A DNA stretch of 64,000 nt from a virus. Taxonomy: Duplodnaviria > Caudoviricetes. This document shows positions 7,814 to 17,689 of the stretch, piece by piece; within the stretch, counting starts at the first letter, position 1, and each line of letters starts with the position of its first letter. The stretch covers positions 1 through 64,000 of IMG/VR virus record IMGVR_UViG_2595698619_000001. One strand, written 5' to 3'. The notes under the pieces are model-generated. The model did no database searches and was not told the DNA's origin. It saw only the letters and a list, made by a program, of their open reading frames with translations. The position numbers and the translations under genes are program-made.

Positions 7814-10792
7814 ATGCCACAGGAAGAACTTGCAGTCGAGGACGTTGTGCTACCTCCCAAACGACAAGACGAACCGACGCTCGAGGCGCGGATGAGCGAG
7901 AACGCCTACAACAGAATCCTCCCATCTCGGTACCAGCGACGGGACGCTGACGGTGAACTGGTCGAGGAGCAGGAGGAGGTTTTCGAGCGGGTAGCGAAGA
8001 ACATCGCTCTCGGCGACGTACCGCACATGGAGGGGATTATCGAGGTGGGTCCCAGCGAGTATCGTCCGGAGTTCCTGGACGAGTTCCCCGACGGTGAGAC
8101 GCAGGTCGAGGTGACAGAGGACAACGCGCGGTATCTCGACTACGATAGCGTCTCCGAGGTTCTCGCACCCGAGGCCCGGCGCGACCTCGAATCTACGAAG
8201 GACGAGTTCCAGGACCTGATGGAGCATCTCTCGTTCATGCCGAACACCCCGACACTCATCAACGCTGGCGACGAACTCCAGCAACTGTCGGCGTGCTTCG
8301 TAGATTCGCCCGCTGACGACATGGACGACATCCACGACACTGCCCGCGAAGCAGCGAAGATTTTCCAGTCGGGAGGTGGCATGGGGTACGCCTTCTGGAA
8401 ACTGCGTCCCTACGGGGATAAGGTCGGTTCGACGGGCGGCATCGCTTCTGGTCCTATCACGTTCATGCGCACCTACGACCAGATGTGTAAGACCATCGCT
8501 CAGGGTGGTACGCGACGGGGTGCGCAGATGGGAGTGATGAAGGTCTCCCACCCGGACGCCATCGAGTTCATCCACGCGAAGAACAAGGACGTGTCCCTCG
8601 CGGTGGCACTGGGTCTGAACGACCCGAAGGACCCGACCAACAACTCCTTCCGTGAGGCGCTCGACGAAGCGCGAGACCTCATCGAGGACGGGAAGGTTCC
8701 CAAGCACCTGCGGAACGCCGTCGAACGTCACCTCTCGAACTTCAACATCTCGGTCGGCGTCACCGAGGACTTCATGGAGGCCCTGGAGCAGAAGGAAGAA
8801 TTCACGTTCACCAACCCGCGCACAGACGAACCGCATATCGCCACTCAGGAAACGAAGGAACTGTGGTCGCGGTACGACCTCGGACACCACGTCAGCGTCG
8901 GAGAACCGCTGTCTGTCCCTGCGGAAGAAGTATGGGAGCGTATTATCGAGGGCGCCTACGAAAACGGAGAGCCCGGCGTTATCTTCCTCGACCGCGTCAA
9001 CGAGGAGCACTCGTTCGACGTAGAGAAGCATCCCGACCACGAGATTCTCGCCACCAACCCGTGCGGTGAGCAGCCTCTGGAGGAGTACGAGGCCTGTAAC
9101 CTCGGGCATATCAACCTCTCGACGCTCGCAGCGAAGGACGCGCCTGACTGGCGTGAGTACGATGGTGACGTGGACGCCTTCCTGAGTGACGCCATCGACT
9201 GGGAAGAGTTCGACCGACGTATCTACGAAGGCACGCACTTCCTGGACAACGTCGTCACCATGTCGAACTTCCCGATTCCGGAAATCGAGGAGAAGGTCAC
9301 GTCCATGCGCAAAATCGGACTCGGTATCATGGGGTACGCGCAACTCCTCATCCAGCTCGGTATCCCGTATGGGTCGGACCTCGGGAACGACGTGGCGCGG
9401 CGTCTCATGCAGTACATCAATCACGAGAGCAAGGCGGAATCTCACCACCTGGCGCAGGAGCGAGGTGCGTTCGACGAGTGGGACAAGTCGAAGTACGCGA
9501 ACCCGACGGAGTACCCGTCCTGGTTCGAGGAGCACACCGGAGAGAACTCGTTCGACTGGGAAGACGGATTCCCGGTACGGAACCACAACACTACGACCAT
9601 CGCTCCCACTGGAACGACCAGCATGATTGGGAACACTTCGGGCGGTTGCGAACCGCTACACAACGTCGCGTTCCTCAAGAATGTCAGTCAAGACATCCAA
9701 GGCGAGGACGAGCTCGTGGAGTTCGACGACTACTTCCTGCGCGTTCTCGAAGCGAACGAGATAGATGTCCAGGCTGTCAAACGCCAGGCGGCGCGTCAAA
9801 TGCAGGACCCGTCGCTTGAGTTTAAGGGTACTGATTCTCTCGACGAAGTGCCTGATAGCATCGGGTCACTATTCGTTACTACTGGTCAGCTTAGCGGTCG
9901 TGAGCATGCGTCGGTTCAGTGCGCTTTCCAGGAAGGCGTGGACAGCGCTATCTCCAAGACGGTGAACTTCCCCTCGACGGCGACACGCGGCGACGTGCGC
10001 GAGGTGTACGAGTACATCTACGAGCATGGTGGAAAGGGCGTCACCGTGTACGTTGATGGCTCGCGTCAGAAGTCGGTCATCTCCACGTCCTCGAACTCTG
10101 CCGATGAAGAGGACACGGGCACCGAGGAACCGCAGAGCACGCAAGAGACGACGCAGACGACGAAGCAGGTTGCCGACGACTTCCTCAACGACGAGTACGG
10201 TGTCAGCGTCGAGTGGCTCGATGCCGTAATGAACGACGAGGAGGTTCCGACGACGGGCACGCCGCGCCCGCGCGAACGCCCCAAAGTCCTCGACTCGACT
10301 GTGTACCCGGTCAGTACGGGATACGGCGAGCTCAACGTCTTCGTCAACGAGGACAACGCAGGCGAACCGTTCGAGGTCTTCGCGGAAATCGGGAAGTCGG
10401 GTGGATTCACTCACTCCTTCACCGAGGCCATCGGACGCCTCACGTCGCTCGCTCTCCGTAGCGGGATTCCCGTGGATGAGGTGGTCGACCAACTCGACGG
10501 CATCCGGTCACCGAAGACGGGATGGCACAACGGCGGGCACCAGATTCAGTCGATTCCTGACGCGGTCGCGTATGCGCTCGAACAGCATACTGAGGAACCC
10601 GAATCCGAACCCGCGAACCCCACACCTGACACCACCCAACTCCCCGTCCAGAATGGGAATCAGCAGGAGTCAGAGGGTGGCGCTCTCGCGCATGGCGAGA
10701 ACCCGGAGTGTACGGAGTGTGGGGCGATGGCGCTGACGTACAGTGAAGGATGCAAAACTTGTTCTGCCTGTGGGTGGTCAGAATGCGGGTGA
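7814..10792 (+). CDS. nrdJ: Class II (adenosylcobalamin-dependent) ribonucleotide reductase
   Basis: PNTPTL, LSACFV, TNPCGEQPL, TIAPTGT, SAISKT; C-terminal TSCPD-like domain and Zn ribbon; no intein. Confidence 0.96.
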   Translation: MPQEELAVEDVVLPPKRQDEPTLEARMSENAYNRILPSRYQRRDADGELVEEQEEVFERVAKNIALGDVPHMEGIIEVGPSEYRPEFLDEFPDGETQVEVTEDNARYLDYDSVSEVLAPEARRDLESTKDEFQDLMEHLSFMPNTPTLINAGDELQQLSACFVDSPADDMDDIHDTAREAAKIFQSGGGMGYAFWKLRPYGDKVGSTGGIASGPITFMRTYDQMCKTIAQGGTRRGAQMGVMKVSHPDAIEFIHAKNKDVSLAVALGLNDPKDPTNNSFREALDEARDLIEDGKVPKHLRNAVERHLSNFNISVGVTEDFMEALEQKEEFTFTNPRTDEPHIATQETKELWSRYDLGHHVSVGEPLSVPAEEVWERIIEGAYENGEPGVIFLDRVNEEHSFDVEKHPDHEILATNPCGEQPLEEYEACNLGHINLSTLAAKDAPDWREYDGDVDAFLSDAIDWEEFDRRIYEGTHFLDNVVTMSNFPIPEIEEKVTSMRKIGLGIMGYAQLLIQLGIPYGSDLGNDVARRLMQYINHESKAESHHLAQERGAFDEWDKSKYANPTEYPSWFEEHTGENSFDWEDGFPVRNHNTTTIAPTGTTSMIGNTSGGCEPLHNVAFLKNVSQDIQGEDELVEFDDYFLRVLEANEIDVQAVKRQAARQMQDPSLEFKGTDSLDEVPDSIGSLFVTTGQLSGREHASVQCAFQEGVDSAISKTVNFPSTATRGDVREVYEYIYEHGGKGVTVYVDGSRQKSVISTSSNSADEEDTGTEEPQSTQETTQTTKQVADDFLNDEYGVSVEWLDAVMNDEEVPTTGTPRPRERPKVLDSTVYPVSTGYGELNVFVNEDNAGEPFEVFAEIGKSGGFTHSFTEAIGRLTSLALRSGIPVDEVVDQLDGIRSPKTGWHNGGHQIQSIPDAVAYALEQHTEEPESEPANPTPDTTQLPVQNGNQQESEGGALAHGENPECTECGAMALTYSEGCKTCSACGWSECG

Positions 10793-10805
10793 TATGACGT
10801 AGCTC

Positions 10806-10834
10806 TACTTTCACCCCGATACTAAGTTTTTTTG
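10806..10834 (+). promoter_or_regulatory. CACTTTCAC-class promoter
   Basis: TACTTTCACC-N11-TTTTTTTG about 30 nt before ATG 10861. Confidence 0.5.
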
Positions 10835-10860
10835 TTACTGTCGGTCAAACGTAGTCGTGT

Positions 10861-11298
10861 ATGTCGGACGACTACATCAGCAAAATGTGGGACCGCATAA
10901 TCGAGGAAGAAGAGGTCGTGTCCGTCGAGACGGAAAAAGGTCGCGTGTACGTGGACGACCCGTCGCAGGCGCCAGATGACGCGAACGTGCAACAGGGTGA
11001 CCAGGGTGGGTATTTCTACGAAACGGATGGCGGGTCAAGTGGTTCGGGTGATGGGGGTGATAGCGAGGATAGTGGAATGTCTGGTAGTGAGTTTGTTGAA
11101 GGCATTAACCGATACTGGGGTGAGGAAGATGGAGATTCTGTTGTAACACTAGAATCTGGTGAGAAAGTATCCGGTAAAACAGTAATGACGACAAACGGAG
11201 CTAGAATCCGTATAGTCGATGAAGATGGTGAATCTCAGACTTTCTCACCTGGCGAAGTTCAAAATGTTGAGACTGAAGGCGAACCTAAGTCTGGCTGA
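10861..11298 (+). CDS. Hypothetical mosaic protein
   Basis: N-terminal VYVDDPSQAP...GGYFYE module, Gly/Ser linker, AT-richer C-terminal half. Confidence 0.7.
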   Translation: MSDDYISKMWDRIIEEEEVVSVETEKGRVYVDDPSQAPDDANVQQGDQGGYFYETDGGSSGSGDGGDSEDSGMSGSEFVEGINRYWGEEDGDSVVTLESGEKVSGKTVMTTNGARIRIVDEDGESQTFSPGEVQNVETEGEPKSG

Positions 11299-11343
11299 CG
11301 TAGCGGGACGACTCCTTTTGCTACGTGGTTGTTGTTGTATCGT

Positions 11344-11790
11344 ATGGACGAGCATCTGACCAGTGCTGTTTCGCGTGCGTTCGAGAAAGAGGAAGACCTG
11401 CCCGATGGTGCAGTCGATGAGGACGATACCGAAGCGTCGCCCATGGACATCGAGCATGAGCAGATTTACTACCTGCTTGCAGACGCCTATCCTGACCAGT
11501 TCGACGGTCCTGAGGACGCTCGTGACCAAATCCACGAGGCGCTTGGCGTTGAGGAGGAGAAAGGGGTAGATGACGAAGAGGACCGTGAGGAGACGAGTGA
11601 GGACTTCAACCCGGCGAACACCCCCGACAACCTCGACCAGCATCCCTACGACGAGGCAGAGTGGCAGGAGGACTACGAGGCGGAGTACGGCGATGACCAG
11701 GCAGAAGAGAAGGCGTGCGACCATACCGACCACCGTGGACGTCCTCTCGACGAAGACGAGTGCCCCTGGTGTGGTGAGGACGATGAGTGA
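11344..11790 (+). CDS. Acidic hypothetical protein
   Basis: Very acidic; C-terminal CPWC. Confidence 0.7.
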   Translation: MDEHLTSAVSRAFEKEEDLPDGAVDEDDTEASPMDIEHEQIYYLLADAYPDQFDGPEDARDQIHEALGVEEEKGVDDEEDREETSEDFNPANTPDNLDQHPYDEAEWQEDYEAEYGDDQAEEKACDHTDHRGRPLDEDECPWCGEDDE

Positions 11791-12055
11791 GTCCGAGAAC
11801 GCTGATGAGGAGCAAGCACAGGGGGAGACGCAGACGACCGACTCTCGTCACTGGCTGACGAACGATGGCCTCGCGTACCTCCTGAACTTCTCGCTCATCG
11901 GCGTCCTCGCTGCAAGCGCCGCAGGATACCAGGTCGAACTGTCCGGGACGCTGATGACCGTGTACGCCTCGTCTATCGCCCTCGCAAATCTGTGGGCGTT
12001 CGGTTCTCAGGCGGCGAGCAAGCTCGGTGACATGATGGGCGGACCGTCCCAGTAA
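11783..12055 (+). CDS. Two-TM membrane protein
   Basis: Two hydrophobic helices after an acidic N-terminus. Confidence 0.7.
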   Translation: MSESENADEEQAQGETQTTDSRHWLTNDGLAYLLNFSLIGVLAASAAGYQVELSGTLMTVYASSIALANLWAFGSQAASKLGDMMGGPSQ

Positions 12056-12056
12056 C

Positions 12057-12224
12057 GTGCCTCACAACGTCGAGCTCGTAGAGTGCGACAACTGTGGTAC
12101 GGGCGTCTGCGTAGCACTCGCGTGGGAGGGTGCAGAACCGATTCTCGTTTTCGCGTGCGACTGCTACGGGATGAGGGTGACTGAGTCCCTGGAGCCCGAC
12201 GCTACACCACCTCGGTGGAAGTAG
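12057..12224 (+). CDS. Small Zn-binding protein
   Basis: GTG start; CDNC...CDC. Confidence 0.5.
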   Translation: MPHNVELVECDNCGTGVCVALAWEGAEPILVFACDCYGMRVTESLEPDATPPRWK

Positions 12225-12274
12225 TCCTCTCAGGGTAGCAGGCGTCTCGCGTTCGTCTCGGTGGAGCCAGAAAT

Positions 12275-12302
12275 CACTTTCACTTCGCTACGTACTTTTA
12301 TG
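12275..12302 (+). promoter_or_regulatory. CACTTTCAC-class promoter
   Basis: CACTTTCACT-N11-TTTTATG. Confidence 0.7.
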
Positions 12303-12342
12303 TTACCAGGTGCTGTACGACTACGTGGAGGTCGAAGAGAAA

Positions 12343-13494
12343 ATGGCGACGAACGCAGACGACAACGGCGATGGCAACGAGCGGATGAACAGCAACGTGG
12401 AAGTCAACGCGGTGCCGCTGGACGCAGTCAGCGACGCTGACGAGGACGCGGAGGTTCTCGGGTTCGCGGTCATGTCGACCACGGGCGAGGTCGTCGTTCC
12501 TCGTGACTGGTTGCAGGCGCAGTGGGAGGAGTACAACCTGCCCGAAGAAATCATGCCCAGCGAGACGTGGAATTCGAGTGCGTACAAGCGCGCCATGTTC
12601 CACCTCCTCGACCAGGGCAACGATGAGCAGTACGTCAAGACGTCCGCGGGCACGCAGAAGGTCACGCTCGACACCAAGGACGGCAGCGGGAATCAGAAGC
12701 ACGTTCTCGCCAACGTCTGGTTCGACGACGACCACCCGAACGCGGAGCAGTTGGACATCGAGGCAGGCGGCGAGTGGCGGCAGACGACGCTCGGTGTCAC
12801 CAACTACGACGCCGAGGAGCAGGACGTGCGTATCACTCAGCGGATTGACGACGAGCACCCCCTGTCCGATGTCTGGCAGAACCTGGTCGCTCGTATCCGT
12901 GAGCTGTTCGAGACGCACAAGGTCTCGCACAACGGTGACGATATGCGAGACGTCCTGTACGACTTCACGCGCTACTACAGTGACAGCATCCCGCTGCGCG
13001 ACGGCGGCGCGGTGTACTTCATCCCCGCGAACGAGAAGGACACCATCGAGGCGCTCGCAGAAATCTGGGACAAGATGGACGACGAGTTCAAGCTGCGCGG
13101 GCGCGAGACGGAGATTCAGACGATTCCCGTCGTCTCCGACACGGAGCGCAAGGAGCTGGTCGAGAAGCGCGCCGCCAAGGTCGTGCGCGACGAGATTGAC
13201 CGCGTCCTGGAGGACGCCTTCGACGACCTCGAGGACCCGGACAACGACACGCCCGAGGACGAGATAGTCGGGACCATCGAGGACGCGCTCGGTGACCACT
13301 CGCAGACGGCAGACGTCTACAACGCCCTGGTCGACGCTCGGATTGACATCCGCGAAGTCCTCAAGGAGTTCGCGCAGGACGTTTCCGAGGAAGCGCGCCA
13401 GGACCTCATCGAGGACACCCTGGAGCGCCTCGACGCCGACGAAGTCGCAACCGACGGCGGTCAGGAACGCGACGAGAACGGGCAGTTCAAGTAG
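12343..13494 (+). CDS. Conserved hypothetical protein (DUF6744/DUF3150-like)
   Basis: 383 aa; LRDGGAVYFIP motif recalls these families; family assignment tentative. Confidence 0.6.
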   Translation: MATNADDNGDGNERMNSNVEVNAVPLDAVSDADEDAEVLGFAVMSTTGEVVVPRDWLQAQWEEYNLPEEIMPSETWNSSAYKRAMFHLLDQGNDEQYVKTSAGTQKVTLDTKDGSGNQKHVLANVWFDDDHPNAEQLDIEAGGEWRQTTLGVTNYDAEEQDVRITQRIDDEHPLSDVWQNLVARIRELFETHKVSHNGDDMRDVLYDFTRYYSDSIPLRDGGAVYFIPANEKDTIEALAEIWDKMDDEFKLRGRETEIQTIPVVSDTERKELVEKRAAKVVRDEIDRVLEDAFDDLEDPDNDTPEDEIVGTIEDALGDHSQTADVYNALVDARIDIREVLKEFAQDVSEEARQDLIEDTLERLDADEVATDGGQERDENGQFK

Positions 13495-13511
13495 ACCCGT
13501 TCTCACTCGCT

Positions 13512-13600
13512 CCTCGTCGCAGGACCCAGGACAACGTGTCCAAACCTGCCTGATGACCGCGCGAGCGGCGTAGGCCCGCAGGGGTGCGGGCGAAACGAGG
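13512..13600 (+). ncRNA. Type III hammerhead ribozyme with an extra core helix
   Basis: CCTCG-TC / GCAGG..CCTGC / CTGATGA / CCGC-GCGA-GCGG / GCCCGCA-GGGG-TGCGGGC / GAAA-CGAGG; predicted cleavage after C13518. Confidence 0.85.
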
Positions 13601-13637
13601 TGTCCAACCGATGAAGGAAAACACCGAGGTGTGACTC

Positions 13638-14957
13638 ATGGGCAGCGGCATGGGCGCACCAGATGACGAGATGAACCGCCGGGCGGAGTTGCAGCAGCGC
13701 CGCCTGGAACAGATGTCTACGGACGTGCCTGCGGTCGGTGGGAGCAGCCCCGACGCCAACGGTGAGGTTTCCACCGCAGGTTCCGCCGAGGACATGCTCG
13801 CACAGTACGCAGAAACGAACGAGGAAACTACGATGACCAAGGAAAAACAGAAACTCAAGTCGCCGCGGTACAGTGACGTTCCAGCATACAGTCTCGAAGC
13901 GCTCGACACCGATACTCTCAAGGACGAGGTGTTCCCTGCGCTCGACTTCAGCGAGGCAGAACGTCAAGCGGCAGGTGCGCTCGTGGAGTACGCGGAGGCC
14001 GATATGTCCCAGGCAGACATCGCCGAGAAGGCGGGTGTGTCAGGGACGACCGTCAGTCGGACGAAGCGTTCGCTCACTACGTCGCGTAATCCGTCGAAGG
14101 ACAAGCGCGAGATTCTTCGGTATGCTCGTGAGAACCCAGACGCTTCGGTCAGTGAGATAGCGGATTACGGGGACACCGCGTCCTCGAACGTGAAAGCGAT
14201 GCTCCGCGAGTTCCGCCACGCACGTATCGTCTGCGAGGTCGAGGTTCCCGAAGAAACCGACGAGGACGAGAGCACGGGCGGAGAGACGACGGAGACGCAG
14301 GAGCAGGATGACTCGGACGGCGACGACACGGACGACGAGAGCGACGAGTCTGACGCGGTACAGAAGGACCTCGAAGGCGACGATGAGGTGACCTACAAGT
14401 ACGACCCGAAGGACAAGACGAAGAAGCAGACGCGCGGAGGGCAGTCGCTGAAGAAGGTGCGCGACCAGTCGCACCTCATCTCGCTGTTCCGCGAGCTCGA
14501 CCGCCGCGTGCGGGAGCTCGAGGATAGTGGTGTCGAGGTTGACGTGTCCGAGCCGGTGAAAGGACGCCTCACGTCCCTGGAGAACCAGGTCGAAGGCGTG
14601 CAGTCGGTCGTTGACCGTATCGAGAATCAGCAGTCGAACCTCGAGCGGTTCGTCGAGAACGAGATGGACACGTCGTCTGACCTGGACGGCATCGAGCAGG
14701 ACGTGGAGGACCTCAAGGAACAGTTGCAGAACATCACCGACACCATGGACCTCGAGTGGAGCGATACGAAACTCGGGCAGCGGGTCGACCGTATCGAGGA
14801 GTCGCTGTCCTCGCACAAGCAGGCCATCGAGGACCTGCGCGAGGGAGATACGGGCAGTAGCACTGATTTCTCGACGGAGGAGAAGCGGAAGGTTATCGTC
14901 GCCCTCGCTGAGAACGGGCAAGATGACCTCATCGACCGGGTGTTAGACGAGTTCTAG
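13638..14957 (+). CDS. Tandem-HTH plus coiled-coil protein (putative regulator)
   Basis: MSQADIAEKAGVSGTTVSR HTH, second HTH, acidic linker, long heptad region; start uncertain. Confidence 0.7.
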   Translation: MGSGMGAPDDEMNRRAELQQRRLEQMSTDVPAVGGSSPDANGEVSTAGSAEDMLAQYAETNEETTMTKEKQKLKSPRYSDVPAYSLEALDTDTLKDEVFPALDFSEAERQAAGALVEYAEADMSQADIAEKAGVSGTTVSRTKRSLTTSRNPSKDKREILRYARENPDASVSEIADYGDTASSNVKAMLREFRHARIVCEVEVPEETDEDESTGGETTETQEQDDSDGDDTDDESDESDAVQKDLEGDDEVTYKYDPKDKTKKQTRGGQSLKKVRDQSHLISLFRELDRRVRELEDSGVEVDVSEPVKGRLTSLENQVEGVQSVVDRIENQQSNLERFVENEMDTSSDLDGIEQDVEDLKEQLQNITDTMDLEWSDTKLGQRVDRIEESLSSHKQAIEDLREGDTGSSTDFSTEEKRKVIVALAENGQDDLIDRVLDEF

Positions 14958-15024
14958 ACACCCGAGTCTACTTGTAATCCGCGAGTACAAACGTCGAACG
15001 TTGTCTTTTCTCGTACCCGTTCAC

Positions 15025-15052
15025 CACTTTCACCCCGGTACGTACTTATATG
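15025..15052 (+). promoter_or_regulatory. CACTTTCAC-class promoter
   Basis: CACTTTCACC-N11-TTATATG. Confidence 0.7.
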
Positions 15053-15093
15053 GTACTACCCCGTGTACGACGATACGCGGAGGACGAAAAGAA

Positions 15094-15504
15094 ATGAGCG
15101 ACACCACGCAGAAGGTCGAAGTGTTCCAGCCCCGTGACCCTGGACAGTTCTACGACCGCGAGAATGACGAAGCGACCGACGAGATGTTCTACGACCTGCG
15201 CGACCTGCGCGGCGGGTTCGTTGAGGCCGAAGACATCTCGTTCGAGAAGTTCGGTGACTGCTACGACCTGGTCGGCACTGAGCAGGTCGAGGCAGACGAC
15301 GAGGACGAGGCGCTCACCGTCGCGTTCGACACTTGGCAGAACAAGCCCGCTGGCGCGGGTCGCCCCGTCAGCAGCAAGTTCCGCGAGATGAACGAGCAGG
15401 AGCGCGCGACCTCGCTGAGCACCGGAGACATCGTTCGCGTCAACGGCACCGCGTACCTGTGCGAGAGCATCGGGTGGAGTGAGGTCGAGGAGGTGTCCAT
15501 CTGA
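15094..15504 (+). CDS. YodL-like domain protein
   Basis: TSLSTGDIVRVNGTAYLCESIGW resembles the YodL SLSVSD..YYVDSFGF signature. Confidence 0.6.
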   Translation: MSDTTQKVEVFQPRDPGQFYDRENDEATDEMFYDLRDLRGGFVEAEDISFEKFGDCYDLVGTEQVEADDEDEALTVAFDTWQNKPAGAGRPVSSKFREMNEQERATSLSTGDIVRVNGTAYLCESIGWSEVEEVSI

Positions 15505-15647
15505 TGCCGGTCGAGTGTTTCGAGCTCGAGGACCCGATGTCCGACGACACGCTGCCCGAGGGCATGGACGGGTGGTACGAGGTCTACGACAGCGAGGAGA
15601 CGGAGGCGTGGGTCGCGTGCGACACGACCATGGAGGTCGAGCGATGA
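15504..15647 (+). CDS. Small acidic protein
   Basis: MPVECFELED; coupled at both ends. Confidence 0.55.
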   Translation: MPVECFELEDPMSDDTLPEGMDGWYEVYDSEETEAWVACDTTMEVER

Positions 15648-15898
15648 GCGAGTACACCCGCCTCGCCTACGCGCCCGCCGCGACTCACCCCTACGATATC
15701 CACGTCTGGGAGGTGCTCGACGACGGAGACACCGAGCACTTCGGTGCGTTCGACGAGGTGTGCCATGATGGGTACTGCGTCACCTCCGACGACCTGAGTG
15801 AGGAGAGGCGCGTCTCCGTGCGAGACACGACAGTCGAGCGGAAGGGTGACACGACAACGCTCACCCTCATCGACGTGGCCGAGGAACCGGACGAGTAA
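15644..15898 (+). CDS. Hypothetical protein
   Basis: MSEYTRL; ATGA coupling; followed by a T-tract. Confidence 0.6.
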   Translation: MSEYTRLAYAPAATHPYDIHVWEVLDDGDTEHFGAFDEVCHDGYCVTSDDLSEERRVSVRDTTVERKGDTTTLTLIDVAEEPDE

Positions 15899-16015
15899 CG
15901 CTTTTTCTTCGCGGTTATCTAGTCTCGATACGTCATCTGGTCCGAGTGTTAATGTAGGATTCAGGCGATAGTATCTGGTGATGTCCGTGCTGTACGGAAT
16001 CAAACGGATGACACC

Positions 16016-17245
16016 ATGACGGACTACGACCTTACCGACCGACAGAAAGAACTCGTATCGTACCTCTCGAAAGGCGGCGCGGACGCAGGCGACCTCGCTT
16101 CTCGCATGAACCTCACCAACTCAGGAGTCAAATCCCTGATTGGGAGGACACGAGATAGCGGTGTCAACATCCGTTATGACCGCGAGGCAGGTGTCTACCA
16201 CCTGGTCGATGAACCCGAAGCGCGCCGTCTCTCGACGAAGGCGAAGGGTACAATCACTCGAGACGCGAACGAATTCCGAACAGAGCAGGAAGACGCTGTT
16301 CTCCGTCGCCTGAAACGAAAGGAGCCGCTCGTCGCCAAGCAGGACCCGGCACAGGGGAACGAGGACATGGTCGTGGCGATGGGAGACGTTCATATCGGTG
16401 ACGTGGTCGAGGACGAACGAGGACGCGAGGTCTATAACCCCAAAATCGCCGCGGCATCGGTGCAGCACGTCACTCAGAAGGTCCTCAACCTCAAGAAATT
16501 CCAGGAGCAGCTCGTTGACTTCGACTCGTGCCACCTCCTCTGGATTGGTGACATGCTGACCGGCGAGGGCATCTACGACGGGCAGGCGTATCATACGAAG
16601 TTGCAGCTCGCTGACCAACTCTCACTCACCGTCGAAGTCCTCCTACAACAGGCGGAATCGCTCGCGCAAGAATTCGACACGCTTCACATTTCTGCGGTAC
16701 CTGGCAACCATGGTCGAATCCGGTCCTCGTACACGAGCGGGCAGGCGAATATGGACCTCGTCGCGTATCGGTGGGTGACCGACCGTCTCATCGACCGAGG
16801 ATACGAGAACATCCAGTTCAACGTCGGAGAAGCGAAACACTACAGGAATCACCCTATGCGAGGTGGGAAGTGGAACCTGCACGTTCGGCACGGACATGAC
16901 GAGCAGATTCACGTTGACGCGACGGCTCGTTCTCAGGCAGACGCACGCGGGATGGTGCACAAGCATCAACTGGACGGCATCGTTCGAGGTCACTACCACA
17001 CTCATCGAGAGGAAGATATCCTCAATCAGTACCCAGCAATCACGCTCCCGTCCGGGAAACCCGGAGACGAGTTTGCGGAGCGTATCGGCCGACCCGACTG
17101 TTCTGACAAGCGGAAACTCGCTGTCACCTGGAGAACGTCGGACAAACGATTCAAGACGGGGAGCTACGTCATAGACGACCTCGACTTGGACATGGACGAG
17201 GTTGACGTGCCGAGCATCGAGGACATCCGCGCACGAGCAATCTGA
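16016..17245 (+). CDS. wHTH plus calcineurin-like metallophosphoesterase
   Basis: GDVHIG, GDML, PGNHGR, HGH, GHYH. Confidence 0.88.
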   Translation: MTDYDLTDRQKELVSYLSKGGADAGDLASRMNLTNSGVKSLIGRTRDSGVNIRYDREAGVYHLVDEPEARRLSTKAKGTITRDANEFRTEQEDAVLRRLKRKEPLVAKQDPAQGNEDMVVAMGDVHIGDVVEDERGREVYNPKIAAASVQHVTQKVLNLKKFQEQLVDFDSCHLLWIGDMLTGEGIYDGQAYHTKLQLADQLSLTVEVLLQQAESLAQEFDTLHISAVPGNHGRIRSSYTSGQANMDLVAYRWVTDRLIDRGYENIQFNVGEAKHYRNHPMRGGKWNLHVRHGHDEQIHVDATARSQADARGMVHKHQLDGIVRGHYHTHREEDILNQYPAITLPSGKPGDEFAERIGRPDCSDKRKLAVTWRTSDKRFKTGSYVIDDLDLDMDEVDVPSIEDIRARAI

Positions 17246-17304
17246 GGAAAGGTTCGCTGTTCTCGTCGTCGTCTCCGCGCGTGCTTCGTTGCTCTCTGCG
17301 TTCT

Positions 17305-17688
17305 TCAGTGACCGCCCAGGATATTGGTGGTCTCGTGTTCTATCGCTATCTCGTAAGCACGCTTGCGCTCAGCGTCCTTTCTCTGATTGACCCCACCTTC
17401 GACAGGCACGAGGTCGTACAGGCCAACAACGTCAAAGCGGTCATCCTCGTTCAGGTAGATTCGTTCGAGAAAACTGTCACCGTCTTTCTGAACCGATACA
17501 GTCATCTCAGACGCACAGTTCGAGTGAACGCGAAGACGCTTCTCCAACTGCGTTGTCTCACCGACGTAGAACCAGGTAGTGTCGTCGGTACTTCGCTTTA
17601 GAACGAGGACGTAGACGTACCCGCTGGTTGAGAAATCGTAGGAATCATGTTCCCAATACTTCTGCGGGTCGAGGGTATCGAGGTTCAT
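17305..17688 (-). CDS. GIY-YIG endonuclease
   Basis: GYVYVL...FYVGET...KRLRVH...E. Confidence 0.75.
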   Translation of the reverse strand: MNLDTLDPQKYWEHDSYDFSTSGYVYVLVLKRSTDDTTWFYVGETTQLEKRLRVHSNCASEMTVSVQKDGDSFLERIYLNEDDRFDVVGLYDLVPVEGGVNQRKDAERKRAYEIAIEHETTNILGGH

Positions 17689-17689
17689 G

